Shown in pieces: positions 22,472-32,659 of a DNA stretch of 64,000 nt. Each line of letters opens with the position of its first letter. Positions within the stretch are counted from its first letter, which is position 1. Under the pieces are notes generated by a model, which made no database searches, had not been told where the DNA came from, and saw only the letters and a list, made by a program, of their open reading frames with translations. Origin of the DNA: an uncultured delta proteobacterium (GTDB lineage: Bacteria > Myxococcota_A > Polyangia > Polyangiales > Polyangiaceae); NCBI GenBank assembly GCA_963696385.1, contig CAVOKF010000007.1:192001-256000 (forward strand). Reading direction: 5' to 3'. The translations under genes and the position numbers were made by a program.

Positions 22472-23582
22472 ATGCCCGCCGAACCAGACCCCAGCGCCCG
22501 GCCGCGGGCCGTCCGCGCGGCGGCCCTGCACGCGCTGGGCATCGGGACCGTCCTCGCCCTGCTGTCGGGGGCCATCGTCACGCTGGCGAGCAGCGCCCCG
22601 AGCGGCGCGACGTTCGCGATCGGCGTCAGCATCGGGATGACCCAGGTCGTGGTCGTCGGAGTTACGTCGGCGGCGCTGTTCACGGCGATCGATCCGCGGC
22701 TCAAACGCATGCCAAGGCTACGCCGCTGGGCGATCCTCGTCCCCACGCTGTTCGCCCTGTCGCTTTTGGGGAGCCTGGGTGCGGGGGCCATCCTGCTCGC
22801 GACCGGTGGCTCGGGCGGCGCCGGCGCCTTCGTCGTCCGGTGGCTTCCGGGCGCCGCGATCACGTGCGTGCTGACGCTGCTGATCGGCCTGTTGGTGCTG
22901 TCGTTCGACCGATTGCGGCAGCTCCAGCGCGCGACGGCGGCCACGCTCCACCAGGCCGAGATCGACCGGGTGCGGGCCCAGCGCCTCGCGTTCGAGGCGC
23001 GCCTGGCGTCGCTCGAGTCGCGCGTGCGTCCGCACTTTCTCTTCAACTGCCTCAACGCCGCCCTCGCGCTCATCCCCGACGACGCCGGAGCGGCCGAGCG
23101 CGTCATCGAGAGGCTCTCGTCTTTGCTGCACGCATCGCTCGAAGCCGATCCGAAGCTTTTGGTACCGCTCGGGCGGGAGATGGAGCTCGTCGCCGACTAC
23201 CTCGAGATCGAGCGCGTCCGGTTCGGCGAGCGGCTGCGCTTCTCGTTCAACGTCCCCGCCGGGCTCGAGTCGACCGAGGTGCCGCTCTTCGCGGTGCAGT
23301 CCCTCGTCGAGAACAGCGTGAAGCACGCCGTCGCCCTGAGCCCCGACGGCGGCTCGGTCCGCGTCGACGCGCACGCGCGCGAGGGCCGCATCACGATCGC
23401 CGTGGGCGACGACGGCCCCGGCTTCCCGGCCGAAGCGATCGACCCGGGGCATGGACTCCACACCCTGCGCGAGCGCCTCGCGGCCCTCTTCGGCGACCGC
23501 GCGAATTTCGACTGTGGGACTCGACGAGCGCGGCAGGAGCCGGGTCGCATTCGAGGTGCCGGCCGCAGCGGAGGCGCGATGA
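22472..23582 (+). CDS. LytS-type sensor histidine kinase; apparent frameshift at about 23505-23512 fuses it to the regulator in the ORF track
   Basis: TM helices, RVRPHFLFNCLN, YLEIERVRFGERL, LVENSVKH, DDGPG, GHGL. The alternative frame TVGLDERGRSRVAFEVPAAAEAR* ends in an ATGA overlap with the regulator start. Confidence 0.82.
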
Positions 23583-24352
23583 GCCGCGTGCTGCGCGCGT
23601 TCGTGGTCGACGACGAGGCGCTCGCGGTCCGGAGGCTGCGTCGCATGCTCGAGGCGACCGGCCGCGTCACGGTGGCGGGCGACGCGACGGATCCGCGCCA
23701 GGCCGCGCGCGCCATCCGGGACGCCCGTCCCGACGTCGCGTTCCTCGATGTTGAGATGCCGGCGTTGAGCGGCCTCGTCCTGGCCTCGTCGCTCGACGTT
23801 CTTCCATGGATCGTGTTCGTCACGGCCCATGCGCGCTACGCGCTCGACGCGTTCGGCGTGGCCGCGCTCGACTACCTCGTCAAGCCCGTGCGCAAGGCCG
23901 ATCTCGACCGCGCGCTCGACAAGGTCGACCGGGCGGTCGCGGTGCCCAAGGCGGCCGCCCCGTCCGTCGCGCTCGGAGCGTCCTTGTCCACGCCGGCCCC
24001 CGCCCAGCCGGGCCGCATCGCCGCGCGCTCCGGCGCGAAGCACATCGTGCTCGATCTGGCTCACGTCACCCACTTCGGTGCCGACGCCGGGCAGACCGTC
24101 GCCTTCTGCGGCGGGGCCGGCCTCGACGTCGACGCGACCCTCAACGCCCTCGAGGCCCGGCTCGGGCCGGGCTTCCTACGCATCCACCGCGCGGTGCTCG
24201 TGAACCTGGCCTGGGTGCGCGAGGTCGAGGCGCGATCGAGCGTTGGCGCGTGCGTGCGTCTGAGCGACGACCGCGCCACGGAATTGCCCGTGGCACGCGA
24301 CCGCATCCGCGATCTGAAGGACAAGCTGGGGATCGGCGATCCGAGGGGTTGA
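23579..24352 (+). CDS. LytTR-family response regulator
   Basis: VVDDEALA, FLDVEMP, FVTAH, DYLVKP, FLRIHRAVLVNL, LPVARDR. Confidence 0.9.
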   Translation: MSRVLRAFVVDDEALAVRRLRRMLEATGRVTVAGDATDPRQAARAIRDARPDVAFLDVEMPALSGLVLASSLDVLPWIVFVTAHARYALDAFGVAALDYLVKPVRKADLDRALDKVDRAVAVPKAAAPSVALGASLSTPAPAQPGRIAARSGAKHIVLDLAHVTHFGADAGQTVAFCGGAGLDVDATLNALEARLGPGFLRIHRAVLVNLAWVREVEARSSVGACVRLSDDRATELPVARDRIRDLKDKLGIGDPRG

Positions 24353-24364
24353 CGGGACACACGC

Positions 24365-26677
24365 ATGATCATGAGGAGCATGCGAGGAAGTTTCACGCTC
24401 GCCGCCGCGGTCGCCGTCGGAGCGCTCGCGATGGGCTGGGCGCTCCGGCGGCCTCGGTCCCCGACCCCCGTCGGTGCCCCTCCGAATGATCCGGCGTACG
24501 CGACGGCCATTCAACCCGTCCTCGATCGCCGCTGTGTCCCTTGCCACGCTTGCTTCGACTCGCCTTGCCAGCTGACGATGCAGTCGTTCGAGGGCCTCGA
24601 TCGCGGCGGCAACAAGGCCGTCGTGTACCACCCCGAGCGCCCGGTTCAGGCCGCGCCGACGCGCATGTTCCAAGACGCACAGACCACGGCAGCGTGGCGG
24701 GAGCAGTTCGGATTCTTTCCGGTCGTCGATCGCGCGAGCCCCGAAGATCTCGGTCGCTCGATTCTGTGGCGCTTCGTGAAACAGCGCGTCGACGATCCCC
24801 GTGGGGGCTTCTTCGACGTCGACCACACGACAGCGTGCCCCAGCAGCGTTTCGGAGCTCGATCGCGAGCTCCACGATCACCCGGAGCGCGGGATGCCCTT
24901 CGGCCTTCCACCGCTCGATCCGAACGAGCGGGAGGCGCTCTCCGCGTGGCTGCGTCGCGGTGCGGGCGGGCTGCCGGGCCACCCCCCTGAAGACGAGGAG
25001 GCGAAGCGGGCCATGACCACGTGGGAGGCGTTCTTCAACGGAAGCGACCCGCGCTCGCCGCTCGTCTCGGCGTACCTCTTCGAGCACCTCTTCTACGCGC
25101 ACCTTTACTTCCCCGACGTGCCGGATCAGTGGTTCCGTCTCGTGCGATCGCGCACACCGAGCGGCGCGCCCATCGACGAGATCCCGACGAGACGCCCGTA
25201 CGACGACCCGGGCGCCGTACCCTTCTACTACCGCCTTCGGCGAATTCGGGAGACGCTTGTGCTCAAGACGCACGCCCCCTACGCGCTGAGCGACGAGAAG
25301 CTCGCGCGCCTTCGCGCACTGTTCTACGACTCGCCGTGGGTGGGGCACGGGTCGTGGACGCTCGATCGAGCGAGCGGGAACCCCTTCGTGACCTTCGCGG
25401 CGATTCCGACACGCGCGCGATACCAGTTTCTCCTCGACGACGCGCACTACCACGTGCAGACGTTCATTCACGGCCCCGTGTGCCGAGGACAAGCAGCACT
25501 CGACGTCATCGACGAGCACTTTCTCATCTTCTTTCTCACGCCAGAGAGCGATCCGGCGATCACGGACCCTGGGTACCTCGCGCAGATCGCCCCCGATCTC
25601 GAGCTGCCCGCCGAGAAGGGGCAGAGCATTGCCGCCTTGTCGCCCGGCTTCGATGCGAAGGAGCTCCGATACCTGCGCGCCGAGGTACCCCACGCGCGGC
25701 CTCGGACGCTCGCCGACGTGTGGCATGGGGATGGCTCAAACCCCGACGCGGTCCTCACCGTCTTTCGTCACTACGACAACGCGTTCGTGCTGCGCGGCGC
25801 CGTCGGGGGCATGCCGAAGACGGCGTGGGTGCTCGACTACCCGACGTTCGAGCGCATGTACTACGACCTCGTCGCGGGCTTCGACGTGTACGGCAACGTG
25901 ACCCACCAAGTGGCCACGCGCCAGTACATGAACTACCTGCGCATCGAGGCCGAGGGGCAGTTCTTGCGACTTCTGCCGGCGAGCGAGCGCGATCGCGTCT
26001 TCGGTGAGTGGTACCGGGGGCGCGTCGCGCGCACGCTCGGCGGCATCCACGAACGGGCCGGCGCGGGGCCCGAGACGGCCATCGCGTTCGCCGACCGCGC
26101 GCGTGCGAAAGAGGGGCTCGTCACGTTGCTGCTGACGAAGGAGCTGCCGGCGGCCGTCGTCGGTCCGCGCGAGCCGATCCAGTGGCCCGACGCGGCCTTG
26201 GCGAGCGACCCGCTCCGCGCGCGCTTCGAGCGTGCGATGCGCGACGTCGCCGGGAAGCCAGGGCCCAGTGTCGCGCCCTTTCCCGATACGGCGCTGCTTC
26301 GCGTAAAGGGCGCGAGCCAGGAGGACCTCGTGTACACGATCGCGCGAAACCGCTCGCACACCAGCGTCGAGTACATCTTCGCCGAAGGGGTCGAGCTCAA
26401 GCCCTCGGAAGACACGCTCCAGATCGTGAGCGGCATCGCGTCGAGCCGGCCGAACCTGCTGCTCGTCGTAGACGAGCTGGATCTCGACGCATTCGTCGCA
26501 GCGTGGAAGGCGCTCCGGCCGGGCGACGGAACCTGGGGCCGATTCGTCGCACGATGGGGTGCGCGACGGAGTGATCCGGCGTTCTGGAGTGCGTTCGACT
26601 TCTTCACCGCAGCAGCGCGCGCGCTCGATCCCATCGGCGCCGCCGTGTTGGACCTGTCCCGCTACGTCAATGACTGA
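24365..26677 (+). CDS. cti: Fatty acid cis/trans isomerase
   Basis: Heme motif CVPCHAC, PTRMFQDA, YLFEHLF, FRLVRSRTP, TRRPYDDPG, GPVCRGQ, LTVFRHYDNA, LVAGFDVYGN, LDLSRY. Confidence 0.93.
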   Translation: MIMRSMRGSFTLAAAVAVGALAMGWALRRPRSPTPVGAPPNDPAYATAIQPVLDRRCVPCHACFDSPCQLTMQSFEGLDRGGNKAVVYHPERPVQAAPTRMFQDAQTTAAWREQFGFFPVVDRASPEDLGRSILWRFVKQRVDDPRGGFFDVDHTTACPSSVSELDRELHDHPERGMPFGLPPLDPNEREALSAWLRRGAGGLPGHPPEDEEAKRAMTTWEAFFNGSDPRSPLVSAYLFEHLFYAHLYFPDVPDQWFRLVRSRTPSGAPIDEIPTRRPYDDPGAVPFYYRLRRIRETLVLKTHAPYALSDEKLARLRALFYDSPWVGHGSWTLDRASGNPFVTFAAIPTRARYQFLLDDAHYHVQTFIHGPVCRGQAALDVIDEHFLIFFLTPESDPAITDPGYLAQIAPDLELPAEKGQSIAALSPGFDAKELRYLRAEVPHARPRTLADVWHGDGSNPDAVLTVFRHYDNAFVLRGAVGGMPKTAWVLDYPTFERMYYDLVAGFDVYGNVTHQVATRQYMNYLRIEAEGQFLRLLPASERDRVFGEWYRGRVARTLGGIHERAGAGPETAIAFADRARAKEGLVTLLLTKELPAAVVGPREPIQWPDAALASDPLRARFERAMRDVAGKPGPSVAPFPDTALLRVKGASQEDLVYTIARNRSHTSVEYIFAEGVELKPSEDTLQIVSGIASSRPNLLLVVDELDLDAFVAAWKALRPGDGTWGRFVARWGARRSDPAFWSAFDFFTAAARALDPIGAAVLDLSRYVND

Positions 26678-26709
26678 GGGCCCCCTAGAGGCGGCCCGGG
26701 GGAATCTCA

Positions 26710-28302
26710 ATGCGAGTTTGTCCTTGCGATTCGATCCGCGACGCTCTGAGCTGGGCGCTTTTTTTGACCTTCGCCGAGGGCGTCAGCGCGTGCGGCGCGC
26801 CCGCGCGAGATGGGTCCGTATCCTCCGACGCGTCAACGCTCGCCGATGCAACCGTGCCCACCGACGCAGGCGCAACCCACGCGGGAAACGACGGAGGCCC
26901 GGCCTCCCCGGCGGACGCGACGATCGCGGACGCGCAACCGATGTGCGATGCAGGGGCCTGTGCGGCGTGCCCTGCCGGTCTATCGACGACGATCGCCGGC
27001 CGAGTCCTCGACCCCGCTGCCGCCAACCCCGTGAGCGGCGTTGTCGTCTTTGTCCCGGATCCGGCGGCCGCTCTTCCTGACCTATCCACCCCTCCGGCCG
27101 CGACCTGCGGGTGCGATGCACTCTATCCGTCATCGGTGCTCGCAGTCGCTACGACCGGCGTGGACGGGAGCTTCACGCTCGCCGACGTGCCGGCAGCGGC
27201 GATCGGCACGTCGGGATCCCTGTCGGTCGTCGTTCAACTCGGCAAATGGCGGATGGAGTCCCAGGTCCAAGGCGTCACGCCGTGCTCGGGCCAATCGATC
27301 GCCGATTTGCGATTGCCCGCGAGCGACTCCGAGGGGAGTCTCCCCGATATCGCGATCTCGACGGGCGGCGCCGACTCGCTCGAGTGCTTGCTGCTCCGGA
27401 TCGGCATCAGTCCAAGCGAGTACATGGGCGGCGGAGCCGGTGGAAGCCAACACGTCCACATATTTCGCGGATTCAACGGCGCCGACACGCTCCCGGCAGC
27501 GCCCGAGTCGTATGCCGCGCTTTACGACTCGCTGGCAGACCTCACTGCGCACGACCTCGTGCTCCTGTCCTGCGAGGGTCGCGAGACGACTGGGGGAACC
27601 CCAGGCATCCCCATGACCGGGCAAGCTCAGCAGAATCTATACGACTATATCCAAGCGGGCGGCCGAGCGTTCGCCGGTCACTTTCACGACGCCTGGTTCC
27701 GGCCCACGGACGATGGTGGAGCCCAAGGATTTGCGTCGAGCGACGTCGCCGACTCGGGCGTGCGCGTCGGCACATTTCAGGGCAACGCGTCGAACCCGGA
27801 GATGATTAACGACAGCCTGTCGTTTCCGGTCGACATCCTTACCGCCGAACCGGACGGGGCGCCGTTTCCGGAAGGGGTCGCGTTTCTTCAGTGGCTCACC
27901 GGCGTCGACGCGTCGAGCGGCGACCAGGTTGCCGAGTGGTTCGTGCGCGACAACGTCGTCACGCTCAACCAACCGCCCGCGAAGCAGTGGGCTCGCCTCG
28001 ACCCGAGCGTCACCCAGGCCTCCGTGCCAGGCTCCCCGCAGTACTTCTCGATCGATCTCGGCCGCAGCGCGACAAGTGTGCCGTGCGGCCGCATCGTTTA
28101 CAGCGACCTTCACGTGAGCGGCCCTCCCGGGCTTGCCGCGCCCGGCGTGCCGCCCGACTATCCCGATGCCGGCCCCGGCGGAGGCGGCACCGTGCCCGAC
28201 CAGTGCGCGGCGCACCCGCTGACGGCGCAAGAAAAGATGCTGGAGTTCATGTTGTTCAATCTGTCGTCTTGCCTTCAGCCTTCGGCGCCACCGCTGCGCT
28301 AA
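26710..28302 (+). CDS. Myxobacterial lipoprotein with carboxypeptidase-regulatory-like domain
   Basis: Lipobox VSAC, DAG linker, TTIAGRVLDP, VVQLGKWR, IAISTGGADSLECLL, CGRIVYSDLHVS, QEKMLEFMLFNLSSC. Confidence 0.8.
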   Translation: MRVCPCDSIRDALSWALFLTFAEGVSACGAPARDGSVSSDASTLADATVPTDAGATHAGNDGGPASPADATIADAQPMCDAGACAACPAGLSTTIAGRVLDPAAANPVSGVVVFVPDPAAALPDLSTPPAATCGCDALYPSSVLAVATTGVDGSFTLADVPAAAIGTSGSLSVVVQLGKWRMESQVQGVTPCSGQSIADLRLPASDSEGSLPDIAISTGGADSLECLLLRIGISPSEYMGGGAGGSQHVHIFRGFNGADTLPAAPESYAALYDSLADLTAHDLVLLSCEGRETTGGTPGIPMTGQAQQNLYDYIQAGGRAFAGHFHDAWFRPTDDGGAQGFASSDVADSGVRVGTFQGNASNPEMINDSLSFPVDILTAEPDGAPFPEGVAFLQWLTGVDASSGDQVAEWFVRDNVVTLNQPPAKQWARLDPSVTQASVPGSPQYFSIDLGRSATSVPCGRIVYSDLHVSGPPGLAAPGVPPDYPDAGPGGGGTVPDQCAAHPLTAQEKMLEFMLFNLSSCLQPSAPPLR

Positions 28303-28788
28303 AGCGCGTTCGATCCTTCGCGGCGAAACCGTTCAGGGTGGCGCTCCAGGTAGGCCAGCGCCAAGGTGCAGCCCCATGAAGGAGTCCCAGAGGCACAGGT
28401 CGCCCGCACGACGCGTCCGATCGCGACCCATGGATCGCATATCGCATAAGCGAGTTACGACGGCTCAGCCATTGTGGCGCGATTCCGTTTCGGGACGGTT
28501 CGGACCGCCAGGATGGCTACCTCATGGACGAACCGACGCAGCCCGATCGCGTTGTCGAGCCCGGCGCGCTCGCCGAGAAGGCTCACGTCGAACGCTTCCC
28601 ATAGGGGGTTATTTCCTGGGGATTCCCGGACACGACGTGGGCTTGGGCGCCGATTGCGCCAAACGGGCGAATGCGAACATTGTCTGTCGTGGGTCTCGAC
28701 GAGGGTTCAAATTTGTGTTTGCAATAACGGTGCGGGCCGGGGTCGGGCCCATCGCCGCTCCGGACGGTCAGGAAGGTGCAGCAAGGAA

Positions 28789-30309
28789 GTGGCGCAGGAC
28801 GCTCCCGGACAAGTTGCTGGCGTGACCTTGGGCGAGATCCTCGCGGGCAAGTACCGCGTGGAGCGCGTCCTGGGGATCGGGGGTGTGGGAGCCGTCGTCG
28901 CTGCCCATGACCTGCACCTCGATCAGACGGTGGCCCTCAAGTTTCTGCTCCCCGAAGCGCTCGGAAACGCGGACGCGGTGTCGCGCTTCGTCCGCGAGGC
29001 GCGCGCGGCGGTGAAGATCCGAAGCGAACACGTGGCTCGCGTGATCGACGTGAGCACGCTTCCGAACGGCGCCCCGTACATCGTCATGGAGTACCTCGAT
29101 GGCGGGGACCTGGCCCACTGGCTCACCGAGCGCGGCCCTTTGCCTATCGAGCAAGCGGTCGAGTTCGTCCTTTACGCCGCCGTCGCGGTGGCCGAGGCGC
29201 ACGCGCTCGGTATCGTTCATCGGGATCTGAAGCCCGCGAACCTATTTTGCGTGCGGCGTTCGGACGGACAGCTTTCGATCAAGGTCTTGGACTTCGGCAT
29301 CTCGAAGATCACCGGCCGCACGGAATCGGTCGCTAGCAACCTGAGGGCCGAGGGGCACGGCTTGACCCAGGCGTCGACAGTGATGGGGTCGCCTCACTAC
29401 ATGTCGCCCGAACAGATGCGCTCGTCCAAGGACGTCGACGCGCAGACGGATATCTGGGCTCTCGGCGTGACTCTCTTCGAGCTATTGACCGGCCGCCCGC
29501 CCTTCCAGGCGGACTCACTCACCGAGCTGGCGATCACCGTTGCAAACGACCCGCAACCGGCCATGAGGACCTTCCGGCCCGACGCGCCGATCGGGCTGGA
29601 AACGGTCATCGCCCATTGTCTGAAAAAGGACCCTCGCCAGCGTTACCGCAACGTGGCCGAGTTCGCGCGGGCACTTCAGCCGTTCGGTCCCAAGCGGGCC
29701 AAGGCCTGCGTCGAGCGCATCTCCGGGATCATTCAGGCAGCGGGCCTTTCAATGAGCGCGCTGCCGGTTCCGCTCTCTCGACCCGGTTCGGCAGTCCAGG
29801 TGTCGGCGGAATCGGTGGCGCCCCTAGGTAGAACGACGGCCGACAAGGGGCGTCGTCGAGGCTCGTTTGGGCCGCCTCTCGTCGCGGCGGGCGTGGGCCT
29901 CGCGTTGGTCGGCGCGGCGGTCTTCGCACGTCGGCCCAAATACCGCACCGAGCACGCCGCGGCCGCGCAAGCGGAAATCCGCCTCCCCTTGTCGCACACC
30001 GCGGTCGGTCCTGTGGAGCCGTATGACGCTCCGCCTCCGCAAGCCGTGCCAATCGAGACTCTGCCGCCCGCTCCGCCGACGTGGTCCGCAGAGGTCGCCG
30101 CTCCCCCGAGACCCGCTCCGTCCAAGACGAATCCGCCCGCGGGCGGCCGGGCCGTCGTCGTGCCGCCCCCACCCGCGACTGCGTCACGGGCGGCCCCGAC
30201 CGCACCGGCTCCCGCCAAATCGACGCCTTCACCCCCGGCCGCGAAGTGCGACCCGCCCTATTACTTTGACACCCGGGGCAACCGGCTCTTCAAGAAGGAA
30301 TGTCTGTGA
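28789..30309 (+). CDS. Hanks-type Ser/Thr protein kinase with TM helix and Pro-rich tail
   Basis: GIGGVG, VALK, HRDLKPANL, DFG, GSPHYMSPEQ, DIWALG; ends CDPPYYFD..FKKECL; GTG start chosen by alignment logic. Confidence 0.95.
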   Translation: MAQDAPGQVAGVTLGEILAGKYRVERVLGIGGVGAVVAAHDLHLDQTVALKFLLPEALGNADAVSRFVREARAAVKIRSEHVARVIDVSTLPNGAPYIVMEYLDGGDLAHWLTERGPLPIEQAVEFVLYAAVAVAEAHALGIVHRDLKPANLFCVRRSDGQLSIKVLDFGISKITGRTESVASNLRAEGHGLTQASTVMGSPHYMSPEQMRSSKDVDAQTDIWALGVTLFELLTGRPPFQADSLTELAITVANDPQPAMRTFRPDAPIGLETVIAHCLKKDPRQRYRNVAEFARALQPFGPKRAKACVERISGIIQAAGLSMSALPVPLSRPGSAVQVSAESVAPLGRTTADKGRRRGSFGPPLVAAGVGLALVGAAVFARRPKYRTEHAAAAQAEIRLPLSHTAVGPVEPYDAPPPQAVPIETLPPAPPTWSAEVAAPPRPAPSKTNPPAGGRAVVVPPPPATASRAAPTAPAPAKSTPSPPAAKCDPPYYFDTRGNRLFKKECL

Positions 30310-31244
30310 GAGCGACAAGGCCGGGCTTGCTCCTGGTTGCGCCAATCGCGGTTCTCTCCGCGTTCGGGTCGGCCCCCGTTCGAGCCGACCCGAACCTCAC
30401 CAAGGACCAGTGCGTCGACTCGAATGGCGAGGGACAAGAACTTCGACGGGAAGGCCAGTTCTCGGTCGCAAGAGGAAAGTTTCTCCTCTGCGCGAACCAG
30501 TCTTGCCCGGCGATTGTCCGTGACGACTGCACCAAGCGGCTCGACGAGCTCGAGAAGGCTCAGCCCACCCTCGCTTTCCAAGTCAAGGACGCATCGGGTG
30601 CGGACGTGAGTGCGGTGAAGGTCACGGTCGACCGCAAAGTGTTGACCGACGCCTTGGACGGCACTTCGCTGCGGGTCGATGCCGGACGGCACGTCTTCAC
30701 ATTCGAGATCGCCGGGCAGCCGCCAATCCTCCGAACACTCGTCATCACGGAAGGAGTGAAGGGGCGTCGCGAAGTGGTGACGATGGGTGCGGCCCCCTTC
30801 GTGGCACCGATGCCCACGACCGGCGCTTCCCCGGCCGCGACACCCCGGTCGGATGCCGGGCGGCCTGCGGCGGCCGGAACGATGGGGACGCGGGAAATGC
30901 TGGGGACGGTGACGGGCGGTGTTGGGCTGGCGGGCTTGGCGGTTGGAGGCGTGTTCGGACTGTTGACCCTTTCGGAGAAAAAAAAGCAGCAAAATGACTG
31001 CCCGAACTTTGCCTCCTGCACAAGCAGCGGCCATTCCAGCGCCGTCACCGATCACTCGAACGGGATGACCGACGCGACGATCTCGACGACCGCGTTTATT
31101 GCCGGGGCCGCGCTGCTGGTCGGCGGCGCGGTGCTTGTGTTCACTGCGGGAGGCGCCAGAGATCAGCCAGCAACCACCGGGGTGCTCGTTTCGCCGGGCG
31201 TTGTACCCGGTGGCGGGGGGATGTTGCTCAGGGGAGTGTTCTGA
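30300..31244 (+). CDS. PEGA-like exported protein coupled to the kinase
   Basis: Signal peptide, CVDSN..GQELRREG..CANQSCP, PEGA-like VTVD..VDAGRHVF, C-terminal GGGMLLRGVF. Confidence 0.75.
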   Translation: MSVRATRPGLLLVAPIAVLSAFGSAPVRADPNLTKDQCVDSNGEGQELRREGQFSVARGKFLLCANQSCPAIVRDDCTKRLDELEKAQPTLAFQVKDASGADVSAVKVTVDRKVLTDALDGTSLRVDAGRHVFTFEIAGQPPILRTLVITEGVKGRREVVTMGAAPFVAPMPTTGASPAATPRSDAGRPAAAGTMGTREMLGTVTGGVGLAGLAVGGVFGLLTLSEKKKQQNDCPNFASCTSSGHSSAVTDHSNGMTDATISTTAFIAGAALLVGGAVLVFTAGGARDQPATTGVLVSPGVVPGGGGMLLRGVF

Positions 31245-31247
31245 GGC

Positions 31248-32300
31248 ATGGGGCCGCCGCGACTTGTGTTTGCTGCCCCGATGGTCATTGCCGGTTGCGC
31301 GGGCATCATCGGGTTTCCCGACGTGCCGGATAGTGGAGACACCGGCGACGCCAGCGGGACTACCCGTGACACGGCGCACGCCTGCGATGGCGCCGGGTGT
31401 GACGACACCGTCGACGATTCGAGCGGCGCATGGACCGATGCGACGATCGAAGCGCCGGTCACGGGGGGTGGCGACGACTCGGTAGCCGACGCGCCCATGG
31501 GCAACGCGACGAGCAGCGAGTCGAGCGGCGGCGAGTCGGCGACCGGCGTGAGCGTTTCCGACGCGTCGACCGAGCCCGAAGCGACGGCCGACGATGGCGC
31601 CCTCGATGCGGCGGACAGCGCGCCGGAAGAATCCGATGCCACGGCCCAGGACAGCAGCCTCGACCTCGGTCTCGTGGCTCTCTACCACTTCGACGAAACG
31701 AGTGGCACCACCTCGGCCGATTCGTCGGGCAACGGCAATACGGCGACGATGGAGAACGGCGCGACGTTCTCGCCGGGGGTGCGCGGCAACGCGGCAACGT
31801 TCAACGGCACGGACCAATACGTGATGCTGCCGATCGGCATCGTCAGCGCATTGACGAACTTCTCGATCTCGGCGTGGATCTACCAGACCCGAGGCGCCGT
31901 GGGCTTCGGCGACCGCCTCTTCGACTTCGGCACCGGAAAGACCGTCAATATGTTCATCACCACCGATGGAGACGCGTTGCGTTATGCCGTGACCCGGGGC
32001 GGCCACCCGGATGAAGAAACGCTGCTGACGAGCGGTATTCTTCCCCTGAACAGCTGGCAGCACCTCGCCGTCACCCAAGCTGCTGCGACGGCCACCCTCT
32101 ATCACAATGGGGCCGCGGTCGTTCAAAGCACAGCTACGACGCTCGATCCGGCGGCCCTGGGCGTCACCACGCAGAACTGGATTGGGCGCTCACAGTACGT
32201 CTCGGATCATTATCTCGAGGGGGAGGTCGACGAATTTCGCATTTACAATCGGGCGCTGAGCGCCGCGGAGGTCATGGACCTCTACGTGGAACGAAGGTAA
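31248..32300 (+). CDS. LamG-domain lipoprotein
   Basis: Lipobox IAGC, acidic linker, LVALYHFDE, FSISAWI, WQHLAVT, GEVDEFRIYNRALS. Confidence 0.88.
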   Translation: MGPPRLVFAAPMVIAGCAGIIGFPDVPDSGDTGDASGTTRDTAHACDGAGCDDTVDDSSGAWTDATIEAPVTGGGDDSVADAPMGNATSSESSGGESATGVSVSDASTEPEATADDGALDAADSAPEESDATAQDSSLDLGLVALYHFDETSGTTSADSSGNGNTATMENGATFSPGVRGNAATFNGTDQYVMLPIGIVSALTNFSISAWIYQTRGAVGFGDRLFDFGTGKTVNMFITTDGDALRYAVTRGGHPDEETLLTSGILPLNSWQHLAVTQAAATATLYHNGAAVVQSTATTLDPAALGVTTQNWIGRSQYVSDHYLEGEVDEFRIYNRALSAAEVMDLYVERR

Positions 32301-32659
32301 GGCGCCCCGCCGAGTGCGCCTGTCCCGATATCCGGGCGACACGCGCGTGTGCTTCTTCACGTCCACCGCGGCACTCCAGGCCGAGCGCACGCACGCCGTC
32401 GCGGAAGTCGCCCGCGTCGCCATACCGGCAATGGGGGTCTCGTCCTAACGAACAGCGAGTCGTACGCATCGCCGTTTGAAACGGTCCTACGGGTATGGGC
32501 TGGCGACCAGTCGGGAAGCATCTGGGGTGTGTCCCACCGCCGCTTCCCCGTGAAGTCGTGAAATCGAGTGCAATGGCTTCCGCTCCGCTGGTGAGGCAAT
32601 CTAGTTGCTAACCGTCTTGGGCTCCGTTTGGAGCCAAGCACTCGCGATTCGTCCTGGCT

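Noticed and set aside
22454..24352. 632 aa LytS-LytTR hybrid protein in the ORF track
   Set aside because: An alternative frame gives a normal kinase C-terminus ending in an ATGA overlap with the regulator start; the fusion is best explained by one indel
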